From Squalus acanthias (lineage: Eukaryota), in contig CM059425.1 of the NCBI GenBank assembly GCA_030390025.1, positions 164,240,001-164,304,000 on the forward strand: 64,000 nucleotides of DNA, in the 5' to 3' direction. Each line of letters starts with the position of its first letter. Positions within the stretch are counted from its first letter, which is position 1. A program made the translations under genes and the position numbers. Below the pieces are notes generated by a model. That model saw only the letters and a list, made by a program, of their open reading frames with translations. It searched no databases and was not told where the DNA came from. Below, in pieces: positions 11,048-24,168 of this stretch.

Positions 11048-13465
11048 TATAGAAGCATAGAAGCATAGAAGATAGGAGCAGGAGTAGGCCATTTGGCCCC
11101 TCGAGCCTGCTCCGCCATTTAATGAGATCATGGCTGATCACAGAATCACAGAATCCCCACAGTGCAGATAGAGGCCATTTCGGCCCATCGAGCCTGCACC
11201 GACACATATCCCACCCTATCCCCGTAACCCCACGTATTTAATCCCCCTAACACTAAGGGTCAATTTATCATAGCCAAATCAACCTAACCCGCACATCTTT
11301 GGATCATCCAAATTCAGTACCCTGTCCCTGCTTTCTCCCCATATCCCTTGATCCCTTTAGCCTTAAGAAATATATCTAACTCCTTCTTGAATATATTTAA
11401 TGAATTGGCCTCAACTGCCTTCTGTGGTAGAGAATTCCACAGGTTCACCACTCTCTGGGTGAAGAAATTCCTCCTCATCTCAGTCCTAAATGGCTTACCC
11501 CTTATCCTTAGACTGTGACCTCTGGTTCTGGACTCCCGCGCCATCGGAAACATCCTTCCTGCATCTAGTCTGTCTAGTCCTGTTAGAATTTTATAAGTTT
11601 CAATGAGATCCCCTCTCATTCTTCGAAACTCTAGCAAAAATAAGCCTTATCGACCCAATCTCTCTTCATACGTCATTCCTGCCATCCCAGGTATCAGTCT
11701 GGTAAATCTTCGCTGCAATCCCTCCATGGCAAGAACATCCTTTCTCAGATAAGGTGACCAAAACTGCACACAATACTCAAGGTGTGGTCTCACCAAGGCC
11801 TTGTACAACTGCAGCAAGACATCCTTGCTCCTGTACTCGAATCCTCTCGCTATGAAGGCCAACATACCATTTGCCTTCTTAACCGCCTGCTGCACCTGCA
11901 TGCTTACCTTCAGCGACTGGTGCACAAGGACTCCCAGGTGTCGTTGCACTCCCCCTTTTCCCAATCTATTGCCGTTCAGATAATAATCTGTCTTCCTGTT
12001 TTTGCCACCAAAGTGGATAACCTCGCATTTATCCACATTATACTGCATCTGCCATGCATCTGCCCAATCACCCAACCTGTCCAAATCATACTGGAGTTTC
12101 TCTGCATCCTCCTCACAGCACACACGCCCACCCAGCTTTGTGTCGTCTGCAAACTTGGAGATATTACATCTAGTTCCCTCGTCTAGATCATTAATATATA
12201 TTGTTTTTTTAACACTCTTAGTCCTTTTAGAATTATTATTTACTGTAGCCCTGTTTGATTTACACCCTTGATTTCTCTGCCTTCCACTTTTGTTTTTCTC
12301 CTTCCTGTCTTTTGCTTCTATCCTTGCTTCCCTTTCCTCTGTTTCCCTGCACAGGTTCCTAACCCCCTGCCATTTTAGTTTAAACCCTCCCCAACAGCAC
12401 TAGCAAACACTCCCCCTAGGACATCGGTCCCGGTCCTGCCCAGGTGCAAACCATCCAGTTTGTACTGGCCCCACCTCCCCCAGAACCGGTTCCAATGTCC
12501 CAGGAATTTGAATCCCTCCCCCTTGCACCATTCCTCTAGCCACATATTCATCTGAAATATCCTTCTATTTCTACTCTGACTAGCACACGCCTATCTATTC
12601 CCCTAACAATAGAATCCCCTATCACTATAGCTCTCCCGTTCTTTTTCCTCCCTTCCTGTGCAGCAGAACCACCCATGGTGCCAGGAAGTTGGTTGCTGCT
12701 GCCTTCCCCCGATAAGCCATCTCCCTCAACAATATCCAAAGTGGTATATCTGTTTGAGAGGGGGATGTCCACAGGGGACCCCTGCACTACCTGCCTGCGC
12801 CTACTACTCTGCCTGGTGGTCACCCATTCCCTTCCTGCCTGTGCAGCCTTTATCTGCGGTGTGACCAATTCCCTAAACGTGCTATCCACGATGTCCTCAG
12901 CATCGCGAATGCTCCAGTAAGCATCCATTCGCAGCTCCAGCGCCGCAATGCGGTCTGCCAGTAGCTGTAGCTGGATACACTTCCCGCACACATGGTCAAC
13001 AGGGACACAGGAAGTGTCCCTGATTTCCCACATAGTGCAGGAGGAGCATGCCACGGGGCTGAGCTGTGCTGCCATGACTTATCCTTTAATTAATTTAAAT
13101 TAACTCAAATCAATACCACAAATTACACTACAATTAAATGATATACTCAAGGGCCCTTGTATACTAGCACTCCCTGCTACACAACAGAGACCTTAGAAAC
13201 TATAACCACAAAAATTAGGACCTACTAAACTTTATAAACTATTAACCTTAACTGTCAAACTACAGAGTAGTATAAATACTCACCTGGCCGTACTCACCCA
13301 ATCAGCTGCTTCCTCTTGTCTGCGTCACTTTTTGAATTGTGACGTGGCTCTGGAACGCCGCTGCCGGTCTTTGAGATTGGTAAGCCTCTGTAAAAAAAAG
13401 CCCGCGAAAGTGAGTTTAACTACTCACTGTGCTGCTGCTCTCTCCGCTCCCGACAGTGGCCTCTG
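11048..13465 (-). mobile_element. CR1 LINE with 5' UTR, ORF1 and internally deleted ORF2
   Basis: ORF1 12548-13075 (CxxC..CGKC zinc finger, leucine zipper, GDSIVRG esterase start); RT C-terminus 11314-12200 (FADDTK, RPHLEYCVQFWSP); (CATAGAAG)n tail; EN and most of RT are missing. Confidence 0.92.
11141..11301 (-). mobile_element. 5'-truncated HE1/V-SINE-like SINE nested in the CR1 3' UTR
   Basis: CR1-type tail (CACAGAAT)n plus GGCCC..GAGCC stem; flanked by GATCA duplication (11136-11140, 11302-11306). Confidence 0.7.
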
Positions 13466-13642
13466 TAAAGCCAAATAAAGCTGTTTCAAGGAGTGTCGTA
13501 CTTCTAAAGCTGTAAAATATGTTCTTTGCCTTCTCTTGGACACCTACAGGAGTAGATGTCAGTGCAATGACCAACCTTAATCAAGCACCTCACAGCACCC
13601 TGCATCGCTCACCCACAGTGGCAAGCATTACCACAGATATAT

Positions 13643-14295
13643 GGGGCTAAAAATTCGGTCGCATAGCGCCTGTTGTTTGAATGCTACAGGTGCCAAATTG
13701 GCTCGATAATGGTGTCCGAGCAGCGCACACACACTTTTGGTCCTAGCCACGCCAGACACCATTTTGGCGAGGGCATCAGCATCGGCACTGGGAGCGTGCA
13801 CCATAAGTATACAGAGTGCGCAGATCATGATGACAATCAGCACTTAACACTGATTTGAGGCCAGCGCTGCCATTTTCGACCTCAACACTGGAGCTAATGC
13901 CCTCTCTTAACATCACACAGCTGAACATGTGTTCAGCAGCAGGAAGGATCCCACACCAGCGTTATTTAAAGGGATCATCATCAACTTACAGGTAGGTTGT
14001 TGATTCATTTCTACTAGCTGTTGCTGAGTTTGTAGAAGTGTTTGGTGCTTTCTAGACTTCTTTAAAGTTGCCTAAAGTCTACAAGGAGTGGTGTGGCACA
14101 TGCTCAAGGACTTGGTACTGACTTGCAAGGGGTCTGCTCAGGCCAGATGCTCCCAGACATGGGTGCAGTAGTTTGTATCTCCCTTGGTCTGCAGCATGAC
14201 AGGGAGAATGATCAGAGGCGAGACAGAGCTGCTAGAATAGGCAGGAGGAGGGCGAGAAGGGCTCACAGCAGGAGGCCATATCCACCCAAGGTTTT
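13643..14295 (+). mobile_element. Harbinger left-end fragment with transposase N-terminus
   Basis: TIR-like GGGGCTAAAAATT; ORF ends ..RRRARRAHSRRPYPPKVF, resembling RRRRYSQHRVY in the 31146 transposase. Confidence 0.6.
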
Positions 14296-14600
14296 TTTAA
14301 ATTCGTTTATGGGATGTGGGCATCGCTGGCAAGGCCAGCATTTATTGCCCGTCCCTAATTGCCCTTGAGAAGGTGGTGGTGAGCCGCCTTCTTGAACTGC
14401 TGCAGTCCGTATGGTGAAGGTACTCCCACAGTGCTGTTAGGTAGGGAGTTCCAGGATTTTGACCCAGCGACGATGAAGGATCGGCGATATAGTTCTAAGT
14501 CAGGATGGTGTGTGACTTGGAGGGGAACTTGGAGGTGGTGGTGTTCCCATGCGCCTGCTGCCCTTGTCCTTCTAGGTGGAAGAGGTCGCGGGTTTGGGAA
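14292..14600 (-). mobile_element. LINE 3'-end fragment (family also at about 16225-16580 and 52185-52410)
   Basis: Shared GCATTTATTGCCC.TCCCTAATTGCCCTTGAGAAG segment in three places with a T-rich end. Confidence 0.7.
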
Positions 14601-15049
14601 TGGAAAGAGAGAGATTTGTTATATGATTAAAACTAGTTGAACTGGTTCAGGAAAACCAATGATACAAAGGTACTCTTGTCGTAATGATGATCAGATGATA
14701 TTTACCTTGAGTGCCTGGAGTAACCAACAACAGAGGACAGAGAAACAAGGTATTGGCTGAGTTGTGGGAGCAGCTAATATAACTTGTTGCAAAATGCCAG
14801 CTCAAAAATGCTCCAAGAATGTAGATACCAGTGTTAGGAATGTCAGTGGAGGGCACAAAGCAGTCCGAGCACATTTATACTGCAGGTCATTGCTCACTGT
14901 CCTGTCAACAAAGTGTAACTCAAACAGAGCATTAGAAAAGCATTTTCTAGATAAATATATATTTTCTTTTAATGATTTTCTAAATATGTTAATGGTATAC
15001 AAGTTACAGAATTGACTTAATATTGATTACTTGCCCTTTCAAAGTTCAT

Positions 15050-16803
15050 TTTGTCAATGAGACTGACCTCCTGCTCTCTCGACCCTATTTCTACTAAAAC
15101 TGCTCAAATCCCAACTTTCCTTCCTGGCTCCCATGCTAGCTGATATTGTTAATGTTTCTCTCTCCTCAGGTATACCTCTCTCCTTCAAATCTGCCATCAT
15201 CACCCCTCTCCTCAAAAAAACAACCCTTGACCCCTCCATCCTTGCAAATTACTGCCCCCATCTTCAACCTCCCTTTCCTCTCCAAAGTCCTTGAATGTGC
15301 TGTCGCCTCCCATATCCGTGCCCATCTGTTCCGCAACTCCTTGTTTGAATCCCTCCAATCAGGTTTCCGCCCCATCCAGAGTACCGAAACGGCTCTTACC
15401 AAGGTCACAAATGACATCCCTTCTCAACGTGTCTGCAGCCTTTGACATGGTTGCCCACAATATTCTGCCCCAACGCCTCTCCACCATCATCCAGCTGGGT
15501 GGGACTGCACTCGCCTGGTTCCATTCTTATCTATCTAATCATAGCCAGAGAATAACCCACATTGGCTTCTCTTCCCACTCCCACAGTGTTACCTCTGGTG
15601 TCCCCCAAGGATCTATCCTTGGCCCCCTTCTATTTCTCATCTGCATGCAGCCCCTCAGTGACATCATCTGGCAACACATCGTGCGTTTTCGCATGTACGC
15701 TGATATTACCCAGCTCTACCTGTCCTCCACCCCTCTCGAACCCTCCACCCTCTCTATACTGTCCGACTGCTTGTCCGACATTCAGCACTGGATGAGCAGA
15801 AATTTCCTCCAATTAAATATCTGGAAGACTGAAGTCATTGTCTTCAGTTCATGCCACCAACTCCATTCCCTTGCCAACGATTCCATCCCTCTCCCTGGCA
15901 GCTGTCTGAGGCTGACCAACTCTGTTCGTAACCTTGGTATCATATTTGATCACGAGTTGAGCTTCCTACCTCATATCCGGTCCATCACTAAGACCAACCA
16001 TTTCCACCTCCGTAACATCGCCCGTCTCCGCCAAACATCCAAAACTCCGTTGCCCGTGTCTAATTTGCACCAAGTACCACACACCCATCTCCCCTCCCCT
16101 GTGCTCGCTGACCTACATTGGCTGCCAGTTAAGCAACGCCTCGATTTTAAAATTCTCATTCTTGTTTTCAAATCCCTCCAAGGCCTCACCCCTCCCTATC
16201 TCTGTAATCTCCTCCAGCCCTATCATTTTTTTATTTGTTCCTGGGATGTGGGCAGCACTGGCAAGGCCAGCATTTATTGCCCATCCCTAATTGCCCTTGA
16301 GAAGATGGTGGTGAGCCCTATTCTTGAACCACTGCAGTTCACATGGTACTCCCATAATGCTGTTATGAAGGGAGTTCCTTTGTCATGCCTAGGTCAATCT
16401 GCTTTTATTCTTATTATAGTTTTTTGTAGTGGCCATTTCAGAGGGCAGTTAAGAGTCAACCACATTGCTGTGGGTCTGGAGTCACATATAGTAGCTTCTT
16501 ATTCCAGATTTATTTCATTAATTGAATTTAAATTCCCCAGCTGCCTCTGGATTACTAGTCCAGTAACATAACTACTATGCTACCTGAGATATCTGTGCTC
16601 TGCCAATTCTGGCTCTTGAACATCCCTGATTTTAATTGCTCCACCATTAGTGGCCGTGCCTTCAGCTGCCTAGGTCCTAAGTTCTGGAATTCCCTCCCTA
16701 AATCTCTCCACCTCGCTACCTCTCTTTCCTCCTTTAAGACGCTCCTTAAAACCTGCCTCTTTGACCAAGCTTTTGGTCATCTGCCCTAACATCTCCTTAT
16801 GTG
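15050..16803 (+). mobile_element. L2-like LINE ORF2 fragment (RT)
   Basis: QSGFRP..STETAL, SGVPQGSILGPLLF, YADITQLY, LHWLPVKQRLDFKIL; frameshifted; interrupted at about 16225-16580. Confidence 0.85.
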
Positions 16804-17499
16804 GTAATATTATAGGGTAAAGAAACTTTATACCTGTCTTGGAAGCGCTTGATGTTGATATTGAATGCCCAAAATGGAAAGTATTGTAATCCCAAGCACA
16901 AATATGCCCTCACCTGGATGAGCACAAAATTCACTTAAAAGTGTAAAAAGATAAATATCTCAGATTAAAGTAAGGAGGTACATAACTATTACAGTGAGTG
17001 AAGACTATTTCTTTATTGGAATAGGATATTGTTAAGTCATAATATGTTACATAAGTATTTTAAATCTACAATTTGTTTTCTTAAAGGTACAAAGTTGCAG
17101 CATCCATTTGGAGATAGGATTGAGACTGAAAAAATGACTTCTGATTGGCTGAAAACCAACTCCAAATTCAATTTTCAGCAAGCCTAGGCCTTGAAGTCTG
17201 AATACTGAAAGAAACATTTCGGAGATTAAAAACTCGTTATTTTTTGATTTGTTATCACTAGATGAGTTGTATCGCTCACAGTACTAGCAGCCTGATTGCA
17301 CCTTAATGAGGTAACTTGTGACTGGTGCTCCAAGGGTTCATAAAAATGATGCATTCTGTTTAATTTTAAGCATTTTTATATTTCACAACTGATGATTGTT
17401 AGTCTAAAAAAGGAAAAACAAAGTGGCATTTGAGTTTCCAACAGAGCAACCAACCCATCAATTATTCAAAAACGACCTCAACAATCACTCTTGCAACTC

Positions 17500-18050
17500 C
17501 AGCCAGTTCACAGAGATACTCTCTCAGCTTCCAACCCTCCAAGTTCATGCTGGGATCCTTCACCCTCTCCTCCCTCAATTCTTCTTCTCCTCCCTCCTCA
17601 GTTAAAGCTAGCATTCTTCTCTTCCAAGTCCCTTAGCTCATGCTGCTACTCTTCTTTGTCGCCTCCACAAGTTAACTGATACTCTTCACCACCACTCCAC
17701 ACCCCCCCCCCTCCCCCCCCCACCCCCCCCCCCCACAGTTCATGCTTGCACTCTTCTGTCACCTTCAATTCAACCTTGTACTCTTCTCCCCCGGCAGTTA
17801 ATTGAGGCAATCTTCTTCTTCCTTCCACCCCACCCACCCCCCCATTCGAGCCGGTAATCTCCCCCAAAGCTTGCACTGTCCTTCCCCTCTTCCAGTTGAT
17901 GCTGAAGATCTCTTTTTTTCTCTCATTCTCAGTTATTACTGACAGTCTCCTCCCTCTCCAAAAACATCCTGGTTTCTTCCCTTTTCTTCTGCTCCCTACT
18001 ATGTTGCTCCCCTCGTCCCGCCCCCACTCAGTCCCTCTCAACAACTTTCC
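17500..18050. repeat. C/T-rich low-complexity tract with poly-C
   Basis: Poly-C runs at about 17700-17735 within a pyrimidine-rich stretch. Confidence 0.7.
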
Positions 18051-18061
18051 TGTTGTAACTA

Positions 18062-18298
18062 TCAGGAAAGACTGAATAGGCTGGGGCTCTTTTCTCTAGA
18101 AAAGGGAAGGCTGAGGGGTAACCTAATGAAGGTCTTTATAATTATGAAGGGGTTTGATAGGGTAGACGTAAAGATATTTTCACTTGTAAGGAGTCCAAAA
18201 CTAGGGGTCATAAATATACGATAGTCACTAATAAATCCAATAAGGAATTCAGGAGAAACATCTTTACCCAGAGAGTGGTTAGAATGTGGAACTCGCTG
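18062..18298 (+). mobile_element. CR1 ORF2 3' fragment
   Basis: ERLNRLGLFSLEK... and FTQRVVRMWNSL motifs. Confidence 0.85.
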
Positions 18299-18600
18299 GT
18301 CTCCACTAACTCCCACATGCTGTAGTTGCGGCACGCCACCTGCATTGCCATCCCTATATAACCTTGTTTTATTTATTTAATTAGAGTCTATATGTATTTA
18401 ATTAACTTAGCTTATAGTTTAGTTTTTTAACTAATTACTTGATCTAGTTTAAGTTATAGGTAGCTTAAATTAAACATTTACCTGTAACACAAAGCACTAC
18501 AAGTATTGGAGGCAAAAAACAGCAGCTCCCTCCCCCTCTGCTCCGAATTCCCTACTTTAACACTCCGTTTAAGACCACTCTGTGCAGACCACTTGGCATG
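18299..18600 (-). mobile_element. CR1 5' UTR and ORF1 start fragment
   Basis: Minus-strand ATG at 18351 reads MAMQVACRNYSMWELVE, homologous to the ORF1 starts at 13075 and 59809. Confidence 0.7.
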
Positions 18601-20214
18601 GAGCTGTTGCGCTGGATGTCCTGTTTCTGTGCTGTAAATTCTATGTAATTCTATTTAATAGCATCAACTTGCATATATACAGCCCCATTAACATAGTAAA
18701 ACGTCCCAAGGTGCTTCACAGATGTTACATAATCGACGCAGAGCTAAAGCTGGAGAAATTCTGATCTTCCAAAAATTTCCACCCACATAATGCAGCAGCC
18801 AGAGTCACACACAGCAGCAAAAGGACTGAGATCGGAGCTCTTGAGGGGGGCGGGCATGGTCTCTGATGAGTTTTGTTTGCAAACACGGACACGCAGACCG
18901 ACTGTCCACACAAATGCAGATATTTGGCATGCGTCAAAACAACCCATACCCAGTAGTATCAGAATAAAGTTTCCATTCTCAAATGTGGTTGTACTTTCAA
19001 AAGACAAGTATGGTGAAGAAATAATTCTAAAGAGAATGAAAAGAGGCATATCAAGGCATATAAGATACTAATCAGAATAGAAAATGTAAATCCGGATTGC
19101 TATTTTACTTTACTATGACTGCAGCGGACACAGATAGGAATTGGTAAACGATAACTGGTGTCAGGAAGCATTTCTTCATGTAAAGAGTGAATAATACGTG
19201 GAATACACTTCTGGGAATGGTTGTAGAAGCAAACACTCTTGAGTTATTTGAGGCAGTTACAAACTGTGATGGGATGACCATACGTACTCATGGATTCATA
19301 AACTATTTGGGCCAAATAGGATCACTTACCTGTATTCTATAATCTTTGTGAATTAGCTCAGTATGTATATACTGTAATGCCACAAATAACCACCAGATGG
19401 CTATGAAAGCACAGCTGCAGCAATTGCGTTTGCAGACACTCTCCATTACTTAACATTTCTGGTATTCAGTTTGGGTGAGGCCACATTCCTTTTTCAATAG
19501 CAAGGCTGGGTTGTGGAGAAAATAAAGATGTAATTATTAAAGAAAATGAAATGAAATGAAAAAAAAATTCTCTTTTTAAATACTTAATCATGAACATTGG
19601 GAGGCTGGGAGATATATAGGGAGAATTGAACACTTAGAGTAAAAGCTCAAAGTTTATTTTAAATAGTGTTGTTTCATCTGTACTGAGTGATACATTATGT
19701 ATCATCAAAGGTGCAGCTGGTTTATGCACATACCACTGGGAAGTGCGTTGACAAGTTTGAGATAGGAGCATGCAGACAGGAACACAAGGTATCGTTCAGC
19801 TGCAGTAATCTCACCAGAGACTTAAACATTATGGACATTAATTTGAGATGAGTCTCATTTTCTTTATTTTATAATTTCCCTATTTTCTGCCCTCTTCACC
19901 TGGAGGTGCTTTCTTGCTGGGGTACAAATTCCACAGGTGCTAACCACCAAAGGGTAACTTGAACAATGTGGGCATAAACTCTCAAGGCCAGGATTCTCCT
20001 CTTCATGGAGGAGTTCTGGCAGGGCAGGACTTCTACCTGCCCCCAAATCAGCGAGACAGCGGTAATCGAACCCAATTTGAGGTGGGATTGCGGAGAAAAA
20101 TCCCGCCCAAGTGATATCAGGCTACTTGGCCATCGGAATAATCACAGCTGAGCCCAAACTGTTCTTGCACAACATCCACACATGCACTTTCCAACTGGTG
20201 TCACTGGCACTGGA

Positions 20215-20625
20215 ATTGGAGATGGGGCGGTAGTTTGCAAGGACGGAGGGGTCAAGAGTTGTTTTTCTGAGGAGAAGGGGGATGACGGCAGATTTGAGGG
20301 AGAGGGGGACAGTGCCTGAGGAAAGAGAACCGTTAACAATGTCAGCTAACATGGGAGCCAGAAAAGGAAGTTGGGTGGTCAGCAGTTTGGTGGGAATAGG
20401 GTCGAGGGAGCAGGACGTGGGTCTCATGGACAAGATGAGCGTGGAGAGGTCATGAGGGGAGATAAGAGAGAAACTGGAGAAAGATGTGAGTTCAGAGCTA
20501 GGGCAGGGGGGAACCTTAGAGGAAGTTTGGCTCGGTGGGCTAGGGGAAGGAAGGGAAGTGGCAGAGGCAGTTGAACGGATGGTCTCAATCTTAGAGACAA
20601 AGAAGTCCATAAGTTCCTCACACAT
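20215..20625 (-). mobile_element. L2-like LINE ORF2 fragment
   Basis: SCSLDPIPTKLL..ANYRPISN; same family as the 15050 element. Confidence 0.85.
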
Positions 20626-21439
20626 CAATAAGTATATGAAGCTTAGAAGAGGGAAAGTACATGGACAGATCAGATATAACTATCTCACAGAGGTTGGTGG
20701 ATGTTTGGAATGGACTGCCTTGAGAGGTGATCGAGACTGCCCACATCAGTAATTTGAAGAAGGAGATGGACCGGTATTTGAGGAGACAACTATTTGAGGG
20801 ATGTATGCAGAAAACTGCGTATTTTGTTTTGAACTCTAAGGCTGGCTAGATGGACCAAAATGGACTTTTCCAGTACTGTACATGTCTATGCTTTCATGGG
20901 GCTATGGTATCTAAAAGGCTGGCCCCTAATATTTAATCTATTGATATGTGTACAGTTTATATCAAGGCTCCAGATAGTTTAATATTCATTTAGTTTAGCT
21001 TATTGCCTTGTTCAGATGCACTTATTGTGAAACATATTACAGTGTCATGTAATGGAGTCCTGTATTTTTTCTACGTGCCAGTTTCAGGTTAGAGAAAGCG
21101 ACTCATCGCAAAGCACAGTGACAAAATGAATGCTGCCATTTTAAGGATGTACATTTTGTATGATTAATTTATATTACAAATGTTAATATCACAAATTATT
21201 GTTTAATTTATCATGCACTTAATGTCATAAAGTGTGCAACATGATTGACATTAATTTTATTGTTTGTGATTTGTGCCAACTGTGTGACTTATTGCATGAC
21301 ACTATTGCATCCCAAAGAATGTGTATATAATCATTCATTGCAGACATAAGGCATAAGCATAAGCTTGTGGTTTCCATGAGAAAATTTGAGGACAAGAAAA
21401 TTTGGCCCTAAGAGCTTGTCCCTCTCGTAATCTAGTCCC

Positions 21440-22800
21440 AACCTAGCATCCAACTGAAATTAGAATTCCTTTACTTTGGTAGATCATTTCAAATGTTTAG
21501 CACCCTTTGAGTAATGGCATTTTTTCTAACATCTGCTTTAAATTTATTCTTCACTAATTGAAATTTATGTCCTTTTGTCCTCTTCAGACTGAATTGCCTT
21601 CAACAATATTCTGGCTTCACCTTATCTATGCCATTCAATGAGGTATATAAAGCTGCCACTCTCAAGACTGTAGAGCTTAATCTTCTCTAATCCTCCCTAG
21701 ATCACCCTCATTGTGTTTGATTCATTCTAGTTACTCTTCTCTGTGTCGTTTCCTATGCATATGAACCCCTTCTGAAGTGTGATGACCAAATTATGCACAT
21801 TATTCCAGTGGGGTCTGACCAGTGCATTAGGAAATCTCAGCACAACCTCTGTAAATGTATACTGCATTGGCTGGCTATGTATTATTCTATTAGCTTTTTA
21901 AATTGCTTTTGCACATTGGCTTGACATTCAAAGTGATGTGGTATTGTTTGCGCTTGGCTTCCGCTTGCTCCCAGCGAAGAGACTCGAGGTGTTCGGCGCT
22001 TTCCCGGATGCTTCTCCTCCACTTTGCGCGGTCTTGGGCCAGGGATCCCCAGGTGTCGGTTGGAATTTTGCACTTTTTCAAGGAGGCTTTGAGGGTGTTT
22101 TTGAAGCGTTTCCTCTGCCCACCTGGGGCTCTCTTGTCGTGTCGGAGCTCCGAGTAGAGCGCTTGTTTTGGGAGTCTCGTATCGGGCATGTGGACGATGT
22201 GGCCCGTCCATCGGAGCTGATCAAGCGTGGTCAAAACTTCGATGCTGGGGATGTTGGCCTGAGCGAGAACACTGATGCAAACAGCGGAAGGAGCGCACAT
22301 CAACCCAAGCATCCCACTCACCCGCCCCTTCAACCACCATCTGCCCCACCTGTGACAGAGACTGTAGGTCCCGCATTGGACTCATCAGTCACCTGAGAAC
22401 TCATTTGTGGAAGCAAGTCATCCTCGGTTCCGAGAGACTGCCTAAGAAGAAGAGGTATTGTTACTTCAAGATCCCTGTGGCAATTCACTTCCCTTCATTG
22501 TATATCATGTATGCTTATTGTTTTCTCCCAACATACAATACTTTGCATTTGCTAGGATTAAATTTAATTTGCCATATATGTATTTATCTATTTGCATAAC
22601 TAATCTAAATCTGCCTTGTCAGCTACAAACTTAACAAATGTTCAATTAGTTTCTGCTCCAGATCATTTATGTAGATGAGAAAAAGTAGAGATCCAATTAT
22701 GGTTTCTATTATCTTACTTGTTGTTAATGTTAGATTGATTTGCCTGTAGCCCCCTGGTCTCGCTTATATTATTCACCAGATCTTTGCATTTTAAATGTGT
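21440..22800 (-). mobile_element. Highly decayed CR1 relic hosting the RTE insertion
   Basis: Residual GACCAA..GCACA.TATTCCAG.GGGGTCTGACCA motif (reverse of LVRPHLEY..FW). Similar plus-strand relics lie at about 1-130/4490-4670, 19140-19330 and 20640-20900. Confidence 0.55.
21949..22453. mobile_element. RTE-clade LINE 3' end with 5' inversion
   Basis: Minus segment encodes LRWTGHIVHMPDTRLPKQALYSEL..GGQRKRFK; plus segment from about 22277 encodes CDRDCRSRIGLISHLRTH and ends in (AAG)n; 9-bp TSD GGTATTGTT. Confidence 0.88.
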
Positions 22801-23273
22801 TGCTTAGTTTATCACTTTTTTTTGTTATTTTTAGTCACAAGCTGGTGTCTGATCTTGGAATACAACTTTATTGTAGAACAAAATGAAATTCAGTGCATAC
22901 ATGAAGCTAGTACACCTGGCTGGTAAGTACAATATGTAGATCAATGTATCATTGTTAGAGGACTCGTCTGTTTTGTCATGATTAGTCCTAGAGCGCAAAA
23001 GGAGTTTTGTGTGCACAGAAACACTCTATTTAAGATTTACTTTACTTAATTTTTACATGATGTTACTTATTGTCATCTAATTTTTAGAGACTTTTACATA
23101 GCTGGTGAACAATCCAGCCTATTAAACAATAAAACAATTTCATGGAAAGATTATAACAATTGGACAATAATCTTGGAAAATAGATTAAAGGCTAGACATT
23201 GTGGATTGCCGCTTTTTAAATCAAATATATAGTTTAACACTACATTTAAAATAAAGTATTAGGCTAACTCCAA

Positions 23274-24168
23274 GGGGTAGAAATTAGGTCGCGCCCCATT
23301 TGGGGCGCAAATATCGTCTGGACGCAAATATTAGCGCCTGGCGCTAATTATCGGCACTGACTGGAAACTTCACTTTTACCGCCCCGGGAGGTGAGTGGAG
23401 CGCTAAAGCAGGCGCTGCACACCTGTCTTAAGGCGCAAAGGCCAAGGAGTGAGGCGCTAACTCAGAGCGCTGGCGAAGCTCATGTAATGTCAGTCAGCAA
23501 TGGAACACACACACACAATGGCACGGGCCAGTTCTTAAAGGGGATGGTTAATCTTGCTTTCCATCCACATCCTGTTCATTGCAGCCTTGAATCTCGGCCT
23601 GGAGAGACTTGCACATCAAATGTGCTGGAAAGAACAATGGAGAGTACCAGGCAAAGAGCTCAGAGTGCAGCTCCCACAGTCTCTGCTAAATCGATACAAG
23701 GAAGGGCAAATCAAAATGAACCTGCAAAGTGCTGCTCAGTACCCAAAACTCCTTCACACAACGTTGAATCTCTCCAGAAGTCTCTCCCTCTCTCTCTCAG
23801 AATGCGTAGTTCAAAAATGCCACCAACAATAAAAGACAGGAAGAGGCCCCCTTTAAATAGCGCCCCCCCCAGCCCCACAGCGATTGATAGCGTTCCAGTC
23901 TTCTGGTCGTTGCTAGCGTCAGGCGGTAAGGCAGGGGGCGCCACTCAATTTCCGCTCCGGGGCGCCACAAGGGCGTTGCACCATGGAATGACGTCACAAT
24001 CTGCGCGCGCAGGTGGTCGCAGCGGTAAAGTTTAGCGCCGCCGCACAATGTCTAGTTAAGTTCCCGAGCGGCGCAAACAGCGCTGCACCCGGGCGTTAGC
24101 GGCTTTGCGCCCCATTAGCGCCCTCTTAAGGCGCTAACGGGAGGCGCAACCAACTGAATTTTTACCCC
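23274..24168 (+). mobile_element. Non-autonomous PIF/Harbinger element (895 bp), copy 2
   Basis: Same TIRs as copy 1; TSD CAA (23271-23273, 24169-24171). Confidence 0.9.

Noticed and set aside
14651..14749. Short open frames with splice-like ends (also about 5745, 17087, 24227)
   Set aside because: No protein similarity I can recognise and no consistent exon chain.
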